Positions 29,531 through 40,423 of a DNA stretch of 64,000 nucleotides are shown here, piece by piece. Made by a program: the position numbers and the translations under genes. Where the stretch lies: the NCBI GenBank assembly GCA_000004985.1, contig GG738851.1; one strand, given 5' to 3'. Position 1 is the first letter of the stretch; every line of letters starts with the position of its first letter. Origin of the DNA: Naegleria gruberi (Eukaryota). The notes below the pieces were generated by a model, which was not told the origin of the DNA, did no database searches, and was given only the letters and a program-made list of their open reading frames with translations.

Positions 29531-32144
29531 AACAGTGACAAATTCTCCAATCAATTTCAATTCAAACAAACAACAAAATTTTGCAGCAGCCACTACATCG
29601 TTCCCAAATACATTTGTTCCACCAAAACAAACAAATGGAGGCTTCAACTTTGGAGAAACAAAGACAGTACCAGCTACTACAAATACTCCTTTCAATGCAT
29701 CACTTTCTAGTAAGACAACTGCTCCAAACACTCAATTTAATTTAGCCTCTGTCATGGAGCCAAAGAAAGAAGCCACTTCTTCATTGCCAAATTCAGTATC
29801 GACTCCAACTTTAAATTCTGGTTTCAATTTTGGACCTAAAGTCGATGCAACCACTAAGCCTTCTACTGTAAACATACCACCAATTGCTTTTGGGACCACT
29901 CCTGGATTCGATTTTGGAAAGAAGGAGGAATCCACAACAGCTCTTCCTAAACCAGCTACAACTACTGGATTTACATTTACTTCAAAGGAAGAACCAAAAC
30001 ATGCTATCACAACTCCAACAGTAATGCCAATTGCAACTAAAACAGAAACGACACCATTAGTGAGTGTTAATCCATCTGCTGGATTTAGTTTTGGAGCAGA
30101 TACCAAAAAGGAAGTAAATCCAATACCAATGGCTGGTGGATCTTCTGGTTTTAATTTTGGATCAACTAAAATTGATTCACAGAAAGAAGAACCAAAGTCT
30201 GAAACAGCTAAAACAGAGCCAAAATTGGATACAAAGAAAGAAAATTCCTTAGACAGTGAGTCCACAAGTTCTAAGGTTGAAACAAAACCTTTGTCTAATT
30301 CATTTAACACCGCACCTTTCCCGTTAGGAATTAAGAAAGAGGAACCTAAAGTTGAAAATAAGACAGAAGAGCCAAAGAAGGAAACTCCAACCTTAATAGA
30401 AAAGAAAGAAACCAAAGAAGAAACCAAGACAGCAACTACAACAGGATTTAATTTTGGAACAGATACCAAAAAGGAATCAATCCCAACAACTGGCTTCTCT
30501 TTTGGAAAAACAGAATCAACACTAGGTAAAACTGAACAAAAGGAAGAATCCAAGAAATCTGAAGTATCAGAAAAACCAAAAGAAGAACCTAAACCTGTAG
30601 CTTTCGACTTTGGTAAGAAGGAAGAATCAAATATTTCTGATATTTTCCCATCCAAAAAGATTGCAACTTCACCAGTAAGCTCAGAAAGGAGCAGTTTCTT
30701 TGAGTCACCACCACCTGTTACTGATTCAAAAGTTTTACTCACAGGTTTTGCTAATACTATTCCATCAAATGACAAACTTTCATTTAATTTCCCTTCAACC
30801 TCATCTACCTCTTCCACTGAAGCTAAGAATATTCAAGTAGAAGCAAACAAAGAAGAAACAAATAAGGAAGAACCAAAACAAGAAACCAAGAAAGAAGAGC
30901 CAAAGAAGGAAACACCAGTCTTGGTAGAAAAGAAAGAAGAAACAAAGCCTGCAACCACAACTCCAACCACAAGTGGTTTTTCTTTTGCCACTACTTCAGG
31001 TAACAGTGGATTCAGTTTTGCTAACACAAAACTTCCAGAATCCAAACCTGCAGAAGTGACAACACCAAAGGCCGAAGAAACAAAACCTATTGAAACAAAA
31101 TCTAATGCTTTTGGAACTAACCCATTCAACACATTACCAGCTGTCACAAAACCTGCCGAGACCACATCCTTCACCTCATCAAATACTGTATCAAACACTC
31201 CAACCACTACCCCTACTACTAACACTATGGGATTTAACTCTATTCCAACCTCACAACCAATCTCAACACCAAAGGATGAAAATGGTATGGAGGATAATGA
31301 TGATGTTATTATTGGAGCTAGTGGAATGGGATCTCTTTCTTTGGGAGCACCAAATAATAATAATGCAACTCCATCTGGATTCACTTCATTCTTGAATAAT
31401 AATACTGGGTCATCATCAAATATTTCATCTGCTTTCCCATCAAGTAATACTATTACTACTTTTGGTACAGGCAATAATAGTGGAGGCTCTTTCTTTGAGC
31501 CTGTGAATAGCTCTGTAGGAGATTCTCCATTCTCGAATCCATCCTCTAATTCCTCATTACCATTCTCATTCCAAGGTAATTCTTCATTTGGAGCTCAGGG
31601 ATCATTTAGCTTTGATTCTGGTAGAAATTCTGGTATTGGAACATCAACAACTCAACCAAATGGTGGCTTTGGTACTAGTAGTTTTGGAAATACTAATAAT
31701 AATCAAAATTCTGTATTGACAAGTGGTTTTGGTTCAAACACACTCAATACTGATACAACAAAAACATTTGGAACATCATTTGGATCATCTGGATTTGCAA
31801 CTAAATCAAATACTCAACCAGCAACAAGTGGTGGCTTTGGTAGTGGTGGATTTGGCAGTGGAGGCTTTGGATCAGGAGGTTTTGCAAGTAATTCAACCAA
31901 TAATGCACAACCAGTTTCAACCAGTGGTGGATTTGGATCAAGTGGATTTGCAGCTACATCAAACTCTTCTGGATTTGGATCACTTGCAAGTGGTTCTAGC
32001 CCATTCAGTACTTTGGGTAGTCAAGGAACACCTTCATTCTTACAAGGAAATACTCAACCATCCTTTGGATCAAATAATAATAATAATAATGGTAATTCGT
32101 TTGGTTCATTTGGCTCATTTGGGGCTTTTGGAAGAACTAATTAA
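26634..32144 (+). CDS. FG-repeat nucleoporin with Nup214/Nup159-like architecture, 1836 aa. It has an N-terminal β-propeller-like region, a central coiled coil, a poly-Glu acidic tract and extensive GFNFG/GFSFG/GFDFG and GGFGS repeats.
   Basis: - The N-terminal ~400 aa is non-repetitive and β-rich.
- There are dozens of FG motifs, for example GFSFGNTNTS, GFNFGETK, GFDFGKKEE, GFSFGADTKKE and SGGFGSGGFGSGGFGSGGFASN.
- A coiled-coil segment spans aa ~690–780.
- An acidic tract DEEDEEEEEEEEEEEEE is encoded by a GAA/GAG microsatellite at ~29485–29532. Confidence 0.8.
29485..29532. repeat. (GAA/GAG)n trinucleotide microsatellite encoding the poly-Glu tract of the nucleoporin.
   Basis: Read directly in the sequence: gaagaagatgaagaagaagaagaagaggaagaagaggaagaagaa. 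Confidence 0.7.
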
Positions 32145-32564
32145 TTCTTCTAATTTTAATAAAGAGACTATTAAAGTTCAATTTCTTAGTCAGAGCCCTC
32201 TGAACAATGTTGTATTTTTGGCGCTCAAATTTCACACAAATTCACCTCAAAGAATCTGTCATACAACACTGAAGATTTTAATGACCCATATCAAATAAAG
32301 AATAATTTAACATTCAACAATTACAATAACTCTTTAATAATTAGAAAGTGTAGTTGTATTAAACGAAATTGTGACAATAATTTAGCCACCCACCACCATT
32401 ATTCAATCAAATCTATTTTTCATTTCGACGCAAATTTACCTTTGTATAGTCAGACAAATTCTACTGTTTAATCCAGAGTAGTAGTATTAATAATATCTGC
32501 TGAATCTATGAGCACGTTAATAACAAAGCAGAGACATTCTCAATTTAAATCAGATTAAAAAAAA

Positions 32565-33966
32565 ATGCACTCCCCATCTATAACGGCACAACCCTCACCA
32601 ATCGTGTCTGCAACCCATCATACAACTTCAAACAATTCTGAAGGATTTAGTTTACTCTCCCGCCAAAGTGAACTCCATACAACACAACATCAACCAACAT
32701 CAACACACACACCAATAATGAGAATGACAACAACCACATCATTTCCAACCTCAAATAGCATGATATTTGGTTCAACAACGACGACGAGTAACTCATCTAT
32801 CTTTTTACAAACTAGTTCAAATGTACCATACAACAACAATCAACAACAGCAACAACCAATGATTACATTCAATAATAGACAGGATATGATGGCTATATCT
32901 TCATCTCCTTTATCCAATCCTCCAACAAATCCTTTCGCATCACCTTCTTCCAATAATCAATCTTCCTCCACAGCATCTTCATCCTCCATACAACCTTTGA
33001 CAAATGTTCAACAAGTCAACCAAAACATGTACAATAATGATCAAACACCTTCATTCATAACAAGTACAGTTCCAATGTCAACTGTCATGCAACCAAGCAA
33101 TAATACAACATCGAGTTCAACATCCTTAACCCCTGCAAATAATGATCCTAACAATACAAATAGCTCACTAAGATTCGTTACTGTTACAAATGCTGCAGGA
33201 CGATATGAAGGTGAGGTTAATGTTAAAAACGAGCGTCATGGTAAAGGAACAATGTATTTTGCTGGAGGAGGATTTTATAAAGGATATTGGGTGAATGATA
33301 AAATGGAAGGAAAAGGTGAATATTCTTGGGGAGATGGTAATCATTATTTAGGCATGTTCAGAGATGGCAAACAAGTAAGTATTTTTGAAAATTTTGTATT
33401 CTAAAATTGTTTAGAATGGTGTTGGTGTCTATGAATGGCCTTCTGGAGGAAAATATATTGGTCATTGGAAAGATGACAAAATGCATGGATTCGGTACATA
33501 CAAAAGAGATGATGGAATTGTATATTTTGGTTTGTGGGAAGATGACCATCAGAGTGGAATGGGACTTAAAGTTGTTCCAGCTCGTTTTTGTCATGGAGAA
33601 TCACAGAAGAGTTTTGCAAGAAGAAAATTTAGAGAAATTTGGAAAGATAAAACTTTAATCTATCAGAAAGAAATAATTGAAATGCCAAACGTTTTAGCAT
33701 TACAGGAGAAAAATCGTCTTACAGATATTTCAATAGTCTGTCAATCTGACGACGACCAAGAACCTTGCTATCAGGATCCAATAGCCTTACAAAGATTTTT
33801 AAGATCAAGCAGTTCTAATTTAACCTTAGATTTTGCAAAGTATTTTACTATCTCTCAAAATTCAGATGAAGAAAGTGAACCAAACAGAAGGAAACACTAT
33901 CTTGAACATGATGATCAATCACCATCTGATTCCAAATTAACTAAATACACTCATGATAGGGAGTAA
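32565..33966 (+). CDS. MORN-repeat protein, ~453 aa, with an S/T/N/Q-rich N-terminal half. Two exons: 32565..33374 and 33415..33966, with a 40-nt GTAAGT…TTTAG intron.
   Basis: - Exon 1 carries MORN motifs: YEGEVNVKNERHGKGTMYF, YKGYWVNDKMEGKGEYSW, GNHYLGMFRDGKQ.
- Exon 2 continues them: NGVGVYEWPSGGKYIGHWKDDKMHGFGTYKRDDGIVYFGLWEDDHQSGMG.
- The exon 2 frame equals ORF 33481..33966.
- The exon sum is 1362 nt, divisible by 3. Confidence 0.75.
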
Positions 33967-34053
33967 AACCCATTGCGTTAAAACACGAGATGGATTGGAT
34001 TGTTGTTAGTTATGAATCAGGGCGGTGCATCATTTTTAATAAATTAAGATAGT

Positions 34054-35217
34054 TTATTTCTTTTTCTTTGAGCTAGTGGATGCATCAGCAGCTTTTCTCT
34101 TTTTATCAGTTGCACTTTTTTTATCATCTTTCTTTGCAGGTGCTTTCTTTTTTGTGGTTGAGGATGAAGCAACTGGAGTAAAGAAACCATCAAGACGGGT
34201 TTGAGTTGGTTTACCTCTTGATGATTTGATTCTCTTAATATAACCTCTCACTCTTTCTTCATCAAATTGTTTTTCTTTCACTAAAAATTCTATTAATCCT
34301 TCTTCATCTGGTTCAGTCCATTTCATTGTGTCTACAAGTTCACTACTTGGAGTAACATCAGGATTCTTGAAAATGTTTCTAACTTCTTCGTATGGGAATT
34401 CACTTGGAGCTTGGTAATGTTTTCCTTCAATATTCTTCAATAAATTTTCAATATTTCCATATTTCTTAATCATGGCAAGAGCTTTCTTTGGTCCAATACC
34501 CTTAATTGAGTCAGTATAATCACATCCACATAAAATACAAATATCAATAAATTGATCAACTGTCACACCTAATCCTTCTATCACTTGTTTAAAGGTAAAT
34601 TCTTGAATTGGTTGTTTTCTTGCTTCAGAGAAAGTTAAATGTCTTGCCAAGACAGGAGTGGCATAAGTCAAAGCATCCATATCTTCAGTTGCAGTGGCAT
34701 ATACAAGACCACCTTTACAAAGTTCAGCACATTGAGCTTCAGCTTCACCTGGTGCTTCAACAACTGGAACACCCATCAATCTGAGCAATTTCTTTCCGTC
34801 ATTACTTTGTTCCTTAGTCATTCTAGTTGTTCTCTTATTCCACATGACCATCTTTTCTTCATCTCCTTCTTCTTGAGCAAGTGCAAATTGTTCCATAGCT
34901 TCTTTTTGTCTTTCTTTTCTCTTTTCCAATTCTCCTGATTTCAATTGTGGTGGTTTACCATCAAAAACATAACATGGTTTAATTCCGTATTCCAACATTT
35001 TGGTGGTTCTGGCAAGTAAACCTTGCAAGTGATTTGTAACTTCTCCATCTTTGTCTGTCAAATCCATACCAGTATTTTTCAAAGCAATCAAGAATTGATA
35101 CATGGCCATAGAAGCATCAATAGCAACTTTTCTACCAAAATAATTTTTCAATTGATCCTCTTTTACCGAATCTTTAGCTTCATCCAAGATGAGTTGCGAT
35201 AATCCTTTAATACCCAT
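34054..35217 (-). CDS. FEN1: Flap endonuclease 1 (FEN1), 387 aa, with a Lys-rich C-terminal tail.
   Basis: - MGIKGLSQLILDEAK…YFGRKVAIDASMAMYQFLIAL matches the FEN1/XPG-N signature.
- The internal XPG-I region is GVPVVEAPGEAEAQCAELCK.
- The true ATG is at 35217; the track's upstream 'M' at 35247 is GTG.
- A basic KKKAPAKK…SKKKK tail serves as PIP/NLS. Confidence 0.9.
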   Translation of the reverse strand: MGIKGLSQLILDEAKDSVKEDQLKNYFGRKVAIDASMAMYQFLIALKNTGMDLTDKDGEVTNHLQGLLARTTKMLEYGIKPCYVFDGKPPQLKSGELEKRKERQKEAMEQFALAQEEGDEEKMVMWNKRTTRMTKEQSNDGKKLLRLMGVPVVEAPGEAEAQCAELCKGGLVYATATEDMDALTYATPVLARHLTFSEARKQPIQEFTFKQVIEGLGVTVDQFIDICILCGCDYTDSIKGIGPKKALAMIKKYGNIENLLKNIEGKHYQAPSEFPYEEVRNIFKNPDVTPSSELVDTMKWTEPDEEGLIEFLVKEKQFDEERVRGYIKRIKSSRGKPTQTRLDGFFTPVASSSTTKKKAPAKKDDKKSATDKKRKAADASTSSKKKK

Positions 35218-35379
35218 TTCTATATTATTTACAAAATAACCTAGCACTACTATTTAGATTTCTATATAATTTTAATTTTAACAACTTCTGATGATTTCTA
35301 TGCACGATTAGGTGATAGAATGATGTTGATTTTTTTTTTAAAGTAATTTTTTAAAATAACGTTCCTCATAAAAGTGGAC

Positions 35380-35388
35380 GGCGGGAAA
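35380..35388. promoter_or_regulatory. Candidate E2F binding site GGCGGGAAA (TTTCCCGCC on the other strand), ~165 bp upstream of the FEN1 ATG in the FEN1/RCC1-gene divergent promoter.
   Basis: - It is an exact match to the E2F consensus TTTSSCGC.
- It lies in a local GC-rich patch of an otherwise AT-rich intergenic region.
- FEN1 is a canonical S-phase/E2F target in other eukaryotes. Confidence 0.3.
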
Positions 35389-35548
35389 GTTCTCTTCCAG
35401 CCTCTTTGTTTTAGCTTGCAAGTTTCACTACAGAGGTTGAAGTTTCGAACATAAATGATCACAGTTTAATATTTTGTTATTGATTGAATAATAATATCAT
35501 GACCATTATATTACATTATAAATTAATATAATTATTTAAAATAAAAAA

Positions 35549-36982
35549 ATGAACAACCTAATCAAATCATCGACATCAGTAAAACAATTTTTGAAAAGGG
35601 CAACAAACTTGCATAGTAAGAGAAAACAATGTATAAGCTCATTGGTAAATAATCAAACAAGATCATTCGGACGTAAAAAGGAAATTGATGATAGTGAAGT
35701 TATTTTAATCGTTCCGAACCAAGGAACACACATCATGGGATGGGGAAGTAATGATGAAGGACAATTAGGATTAAATTCATTTTCAGTTAAAGTATCTACA
35801 CCAATGTTTATTAATTCCTATTGGTTTAACGATAAGGATATTAAAAAGATCAGTGTAGCTTCATCAGGACAACATGTTTTAGCTTTAACAGAAGATGGAT
35901 ATGTTTACACTTGGGGAAGAGGAGCAGAACATCAACTTGGAGTTGAAAATAATTTCAGTCAAGCTGCTCCACAACTTGTTGATCCAAAATATTTCAATAA
36001 TAGAAAAGTTGTTGATATACAATGTGGTACTTACCATAGTTGTGTTATTGATGATGAAGGTAGATTATATACTTGGGGTTTCAATGGAAGTATTTTCAAT
36101 CAATCAGCTTTAGGTCATGGAAAGAATTCTTGGTTAACAGATTTGTCAAAACCAAAACAAGTTGAAGCTCTTAAAGGTGAATTTGTGAAACAAGTAGCAG
36201 CTGGTCAATATCACACTGGTGTTATTTGTGGTGAACAAGGTAATTCTGAATCAAATCAAGTTTTCGTTTGGGGTAAAGGAGATTGGGGACGTCTTGGACT
36301 CGGCAATTCAAATTCAAAACCTTTACCAACTCCATTGGAAATGTATGAAGAAGATGAAAATGGTACAAGAAAGACTCGTTTTGAAACTATTAGAATGGGT
36401 ACAAACTATTCCGCATTGATCGATTCACATGGTAAATTATACATGTTTGGTAGAAATGATGGCCAACAATTGGGTATTGAAACGCCAGGTAACTATGTCA
36501 GTGGTGGTCAATTCGATGGTGAATCAACTCCAAAATTACTTTCACAATTTTCTGATAGAGATATTAAGGTTAAAGATGTTGCTTTGGGTGAATCAATTAC
36601 TGCTTGTGTTACTGTTGATGGTCGTGGTTTCGTTTGGGGTAAGAATATTCACCTTCCTCATGAAGTCAATTTCGGTAAGGGTGCCAGAGTTATTGAATGT
36701 GCTGCTGGTAAGAATCATGTTTCATTCGTACCAAGAAATAGACAAGCTATTTTCATGATGGGTGGTAATTGGAGTCATCAATTGGGTGTTAAAGGTAATT
36801 TCGGTCACCAAGAAGTGATTAAATTGACTCGTCATTTAGTTCCTGGCAAGAAATTACAAATGGCTTGTGGTAGCAATTTCACTTTGGCATTATCTAATTT
36901 GGAATATCAATTCGATGGTGAAGATGATGACTTTACTGATGCTGCCTTGATAGACAATGCTGGTAACAGTGTTGAATTGTAA
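35549..36982 (+). CDS. RCC1-repeat (β-propeller) protein, 477 aa, with a basic N-terminal presequence-like leader suggestive of mitochondrial targeting (RCC1L/WBSCR16-like).
   Basis: - Seven RCC1-type blades carry repeated GxxHxxALTxDGxVYxWGxNxxGQLG motifs, for example SSGQHVLALTEDGYVYTWGRGAEHQLG and QCGTYHSCVIDDEGRLYTWGFN.
- The first 45 aa are rich in K/R/S/T and have no acidic residues. Confidence 0.85.
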   Translation: MNNLIKSSTSVKQFLKRATNLHSKRKQCISSLVNNQTRSFGRKKEIDDSEVILIVPNQGTHIMGWGSNDEGQLGLNSFSVKVSTPMFINSYWFNDKDIKKISVASSGQHVLALTEDGYVYTWGRGAEHQLGVENNFSQAAPQLVDPKYFNNRKVVDIQCGTYHSCVIDDEGRLYTWGFNGSIFNQSALGHGKNSWLTDLSKPKQVEALKGEFVKQVAAGQYHTGVICGEQGNSESNQVFVWGKGDWGRLGLGNSNSKPLPTPLEMYEEDENGTRKTRFETIRMGTNYSALIDSHGKLYMFGRNDGQQLGIETPGNYVSGGQFDGESTPKLLSQFSDRDIKVKDVALGESITACVTVDGRGFVWGKNIHLPHEVNFGKGARVIECAAGKNHVSFVPRNRQAIFMMGGNWSHQLGVKGNFGHQEVIKLTRHLVPGKKLQMACGSNFTLALSNLEYQFDGEDDDFTDAALIDNAGNSVEL

Positions 36983-36998
36983 ACAAATAAATAATTTA

Positions 36999-39218
36999 CT
37001 ATAAATAGTTATCGATTGGTATAGTTGTGAAAGGAATTTGAATTTGAACATTATTGGCCTTGTTGGGGGATAGTCTAGTTTTTTCAGCCAACAATGAAGA
37101 GTTATTACTGGAAATTGTTGAGAAAGTTTGACTCCTAGGACTGTAAGGTATAAAATTGGTGGCCACTTTGAAGTTTTGGGGAGAAAATGTTCCTGCAGAC
37201 ATTCTAGCTGAAAGTGAAGATCTAGCAGAATCAAGAGGATCATATGGGTCAATGTTATTCGAGTTCAAGTGACTCAAATCAATGTTGATATTTCCTAAGG
37301 TTCCCTTAGGTACTGAAGTAGACTTGGCAACTACTACAACTGGTTGATCATCGTTTTCTGAATCAGTGTAATCATCAACATCAAAATAGGAATACTCTGA
37401 TGCTCTACTAAGAATTTCCTCTCTCACATAGGTTCTTCCAGATCTTATGTCTGTAAAAACAGGTCTAGAAGGTTGGGCAGTTCCATATTTTGTTTGGGAT
37501 CTTTGAAGCTTTTCTAATTCTCTCAGCTTTTGACGAGCAATCCTTCTATGCTCTCTAGCGACTCTTTCTTCCTCTTCTCTCTTTTGTTTCTCCAAGTCAC
37601 CCATGTATTTGTCAACCTTAACCTTCAAAACCTTTGTTTGAGCCTTTTCGTATTCAGCTTGTTTTACGTTCTCCAATTGTCTCTGAGTAATTTCTTTCTT
37701 CTTTCTATTGATGTGTCTCATTTCATCAATTTCGTACAGAGTAAGTGCTCCAGTTTGTATCTTGGCACTTATTTCTCTATTTCTCTTCTCGGTTACCTTG
37801 TTATATTTATCCTGTACAATTTTGTCTTGTTGTTTTTGTTTGTATTTTGTTAATAATTGCTTTGCTAACATGTTATTATAGGTCACAAACTCCTTAGATT
37901 GTTCTTCCACTATCTTGGTTTTTTCTTTCGATTCACTGTTCTCTTTTCTTCTCTTACTGACTTTAGCAGCGTTAATAAGATCTTGTTCTTCATTTCTGAT
38001 TTTTATCAATTCTTTTGATTGCATTACTTCTTTTCTAATGTTATCATTTTGCAGCTCTTTCTTCTCTTTCCATTTTAAAACTCTTAATTGAGAAGAAGCA
38101 AGTTCTTTTCGAAGTTTTTCAGCTGCAAGTTTGTTTTTCTCTTCAATTTCTTTTTCTGTGACAAATTTGAGCAAGCTTAATCTTGCTTTTTCTCTACTGT
38201 ACAATTCTCTTACTGGTATGTTTGGGTTATATAAATAAGTATTCGTATTTACAGAAACATTATTGCTTGATTTTGTGGTTGTGAATTCTGAGACTTTGGA
38301 ATCCGATCTAATGAGCTTGTTGAGTGTTTTAGTGACAACATCAGGAGTTTTTGTTGCTAGTGATGATCTGCTATCTTTGTTAATTTCATCAATTGCATCC
38401 ACAAGTGAGTGTGTAAGCTCACTTACTTCAGGTAGTAGAAGAGGTCCATCAGTGGTTCCAATTGAAGATGAATTCTGGTCAGAAATCACACTTTCTTCCT
38501 CATAATAGTCCTCATCCTCTCCAAAACGAACTCTATTTGGTGATAATCTGGCAAATTTACTGGATAGTGACGGAATTTCAAAACTTTTGGTTGGTGTTGG
38601 AGTAAAAACAGGTGTTTGAGCTAGTGGAGTGCCTGACCTAGATGAGCCTCCTCCACTTTCCAAGTCCGAAAATAAATTATTGATATTAAGAGAGGCTGTT
38701 TGTCTTGGAGGAATTTTGGCCAAGTATTGTTGCTCAACTTGAAAACGTTGCACTGTTGGCCTTACATTCCTTTGTTCTGTTGGAAAAGATGTTGTATCAA
38801 AGTTGATGAGGGAGAGAGGAGAAATTGTTTGCGTGGTTGTTGGTTTTTTAATGACGTGGTGTAACCTAGGGGAGCTTTCGGATCTTTGTGGTTTGGTTCT
38901 TTGTGGTTGGGAAGGTGTTTTTGAGGGAATGGATTGTGATCTTGTTTGTGATCGGGTACTTCTTGATTCAGTCCTAGAAAATGTTGTTCTTGTTGTTGGA
39001 ACTGTAGGAACATCGTTTGATGCTGCTGTTATTGATGCGATAGAAGCTTTCTGTTCTGATAAACGTTTCAGAACAAGTCTATCCTCGAAGGGTAAAGGAC
39101 TTGAGTGATTTATTCGAAGAAAAGACATGTTGTTGATGTTTGCATTTTTTTTAATTTGAAATTTACAGTTCCAAACAGATCCAACAACTTGTATTAAGGA
39201 AATGTCACTCCTTGTCAT
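36999..39218 (-). CDS. Low-complexity protein, 739 aa. The N-terminal half is S/T/R/P-rich and the C-terminal half is a K/E/R-rich coiled coil. Function unknown.
   Basis: - Long ORF with ATG at 39218.
- Heptad-like charged segment: EKEIEEKNKLAAEKLRKELASSQLRVLKWKEKKELQ…EKQKREEEERVAREHRRIARQKLRELEKLQRS.
- The 3' end lies only 17 bp from the convergent RCC1 gene. Confidence 0.55.
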   Translation of the reverse strand: MTRSDISLIQVVGSVWNCKFQIKKNANINNMSFLRINHSSPLPFEDRLVLKRLSEQKASIASITAASNDVPTVPTTRTTFSRTESRSTRSQTRSQSIPSKTPSQPQRTKPQRSESSPRLHHVIKKPTTTQTISPLSLINFDTTSFPTEQRNVRPTVQRFQVEQQYLAKIPPRQTASLNINNLFSDLESGGGSSRSGTPLAQTPVFTPTPTKSFEIPSLSSKFARLSPNRVRFGEDEDYYEEESVISDQNSSSIGTTDGPLLLPEVSELTHSLVDAIDEINKDSRSSLATKTPDVVTKTLNKLIRSDSKVSEFTTTKSSNNVSVNTNTYLYNPNIPVRELYSREKARLSLLKFVTEKEIEEKNKLAAEKLRKELASSQLRVLKWKEKKELQNDNIRKEVMQSKELIKIRNEEQDLINAAKVSKRRKENSESKEKTKIVEEQSKEFVTYNNMLAKQLLTKYKQKQQDKIVQDKYNKVTEKRNREISAKIQTGALTLYEIDEMRHINRKKKEITQRQLENVKQAEYEKAQTKVLKVKVDKYMGDLEKQKREEEERVAREHRRIARQKLRELEKLQRSQTKYGTAQPSRPVFTDIRSGRTYVREEILSRASEYSYFDVDDYTDSENDDQPVVVVAKSTSVPKGTLGNINIDLSHLNSNNIDPYDPLDSARSSLSARMSAGTFSPQNFKVATNFIPYSPRSQTFSTISSNNSSLLAEKTRLSPNKANNVQIQIPFTTIPIDNYL

Positions 39219-39242
39219 TATTAGTATTGATACAGAGTTTAT

Positions 39243-40193
39243 TTAAAAGTATGAAATCAAAAAGATTAAACCAGCAGCAGCACACACCACAATAATGATG
39301 GCAATGCAAATTATACACATAATCTTGTTGGATCCACCAACCTTGTCGAGAGCGTTATCAACTCTTTCATTAAGATTCTTCAATCTTTCAATTTCCTTAT
39401 CGACCTTATCTTCAATATTCTTCAAAAGCATATTTTGTTCGGTGAGTTCAGATCCTATGTTAATAGACATTTGGTGCAAGTCATCGAGTTTCTTGCTGAA
39501 TACATCCAAGCCTTGATCAATTTGTTTTTGAATATCTTGGACTTTCAACATGGCTGTTGAAATATCAATTTGTGGTAAATTTGAACGAGTGGCATCATCA
39601 GGAAGGTCTTGTTCCAAAACTACTCCAGCTAACCCACCATTTTCCTTATTTTCATTATCTAACTCATCAGCTCCTTCAAGTAAATGCGATGTTGTAGAGT
39701 CATCCTTTTTGTTCTTTGCGTCTCTTTCATATTTTCTCTTTGATAACATTTCAAGTTCAAGAATGTGTTTTTTAACCAATTCAATATCATTCTTTTGAGC
39801 ACTAATCAAAACTGGATCCACTTTTTTGAACATCTTCTTCTTTGCGTTCTTATCATGAATTTTAACAAGCTTATTAAGATCATCATTCTTGATAGCAGAA
39901 ATCATCTTTCTAACGTCATTACTTAATCTTGATTTCACGGTAACACCTCCTTTAGAACTGTCTCTTTGTTTAATTTTCTTGATGGATAGAGTTTCATCCC
40001 GTTTAATAAATTCTAACTGCTTACCTCTCTTGTGGCCATAATCTTCTTGGCAATTAAATATTTACAAGCATCAAATGCAGAAAGACCCTCCGTATCATTC
40101 TCTCCACCATCAATTTTTTGTCCTGATGTTTCTTCATATACTCTTACCAATCGATGGATGCAATCTTGCATCACTCCACGTGAGACCATCATC
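39243..40193 (-). CDS. Q-SNARE (syntaxin-6/8-like Qc candidate), ~290 aa, with an N-terminal helical domain, a SNARE motif and a C-terminal TM anchor. Two exons: ~40193..40026 and ~39978..39243, with a 47-nt GTAAGC intron. Junction coordinates are ±1 nt.
   Basis: - The track ORF starts on GTG and the frame is open upstream without an ATG.
- Upstream ATGATGGTCTCACGT… encodes MMVSRGVMQDCIHRLVRVYEETSGQKIDGGENDTEGLSAFDACKYLIAKKIMATRE.
- A GTAAGC donor then splices in phase to KIKQRDSSKGGVTVKSRLS….
- SNARE heptads with a zero-layer Gln: IGSELTEQNMLLKNIEDKVDKEIERLKNLNERV.
- TM segment: IMCIICIAIIIVVCAAAGLIFLISYF. Confidence 0.65.
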
Positions 40194-40423
40194 TTGATAT
40201 ATTTTTAAGGTTTTTTTTGAGGGAATATTTTTTATCTGTTGAGGTAAGGATACGGCAAAGAGGTACAATTAGAAGGCTTTATCGTTTCTAATAGCTCTCG
40301 CCTAGGCTTCATATGGTGTTTTTTCTTCATTTTCTTTACAGCTAATTAATAAATTGACATCATTCTAACACATAATCAGATTGAATATTAAATTTAATTA
40401 TTAAAATTAATTCATCATAAAAA

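Noticed and set aside
27827-31474. Long antisense ORFs inside the nucleoporin gene: 27827..28222, 29732..30817 and 30833..31474 on the minus strand, and 31090..31395 and 31723..32298 on the plus strand.
   Set aside because: They lie within low-complexity FG/ST-repeat coding sequence, where the reverse and alternate frames are stop-poor by composition. They have no start context or motifs, so they are compositional artefacts.
35295-35345. C/D-box snoRNA-like motifs (cTGATGAtt … aTGATGt … T11).
   Set aside because: There is no box D (CUGA) near the 3' end, no terminal stem and no recognisable rRNA-complementary guide. It is more likely promoter AT/T-run sequence of the FEN1/RCC1 divergent region.
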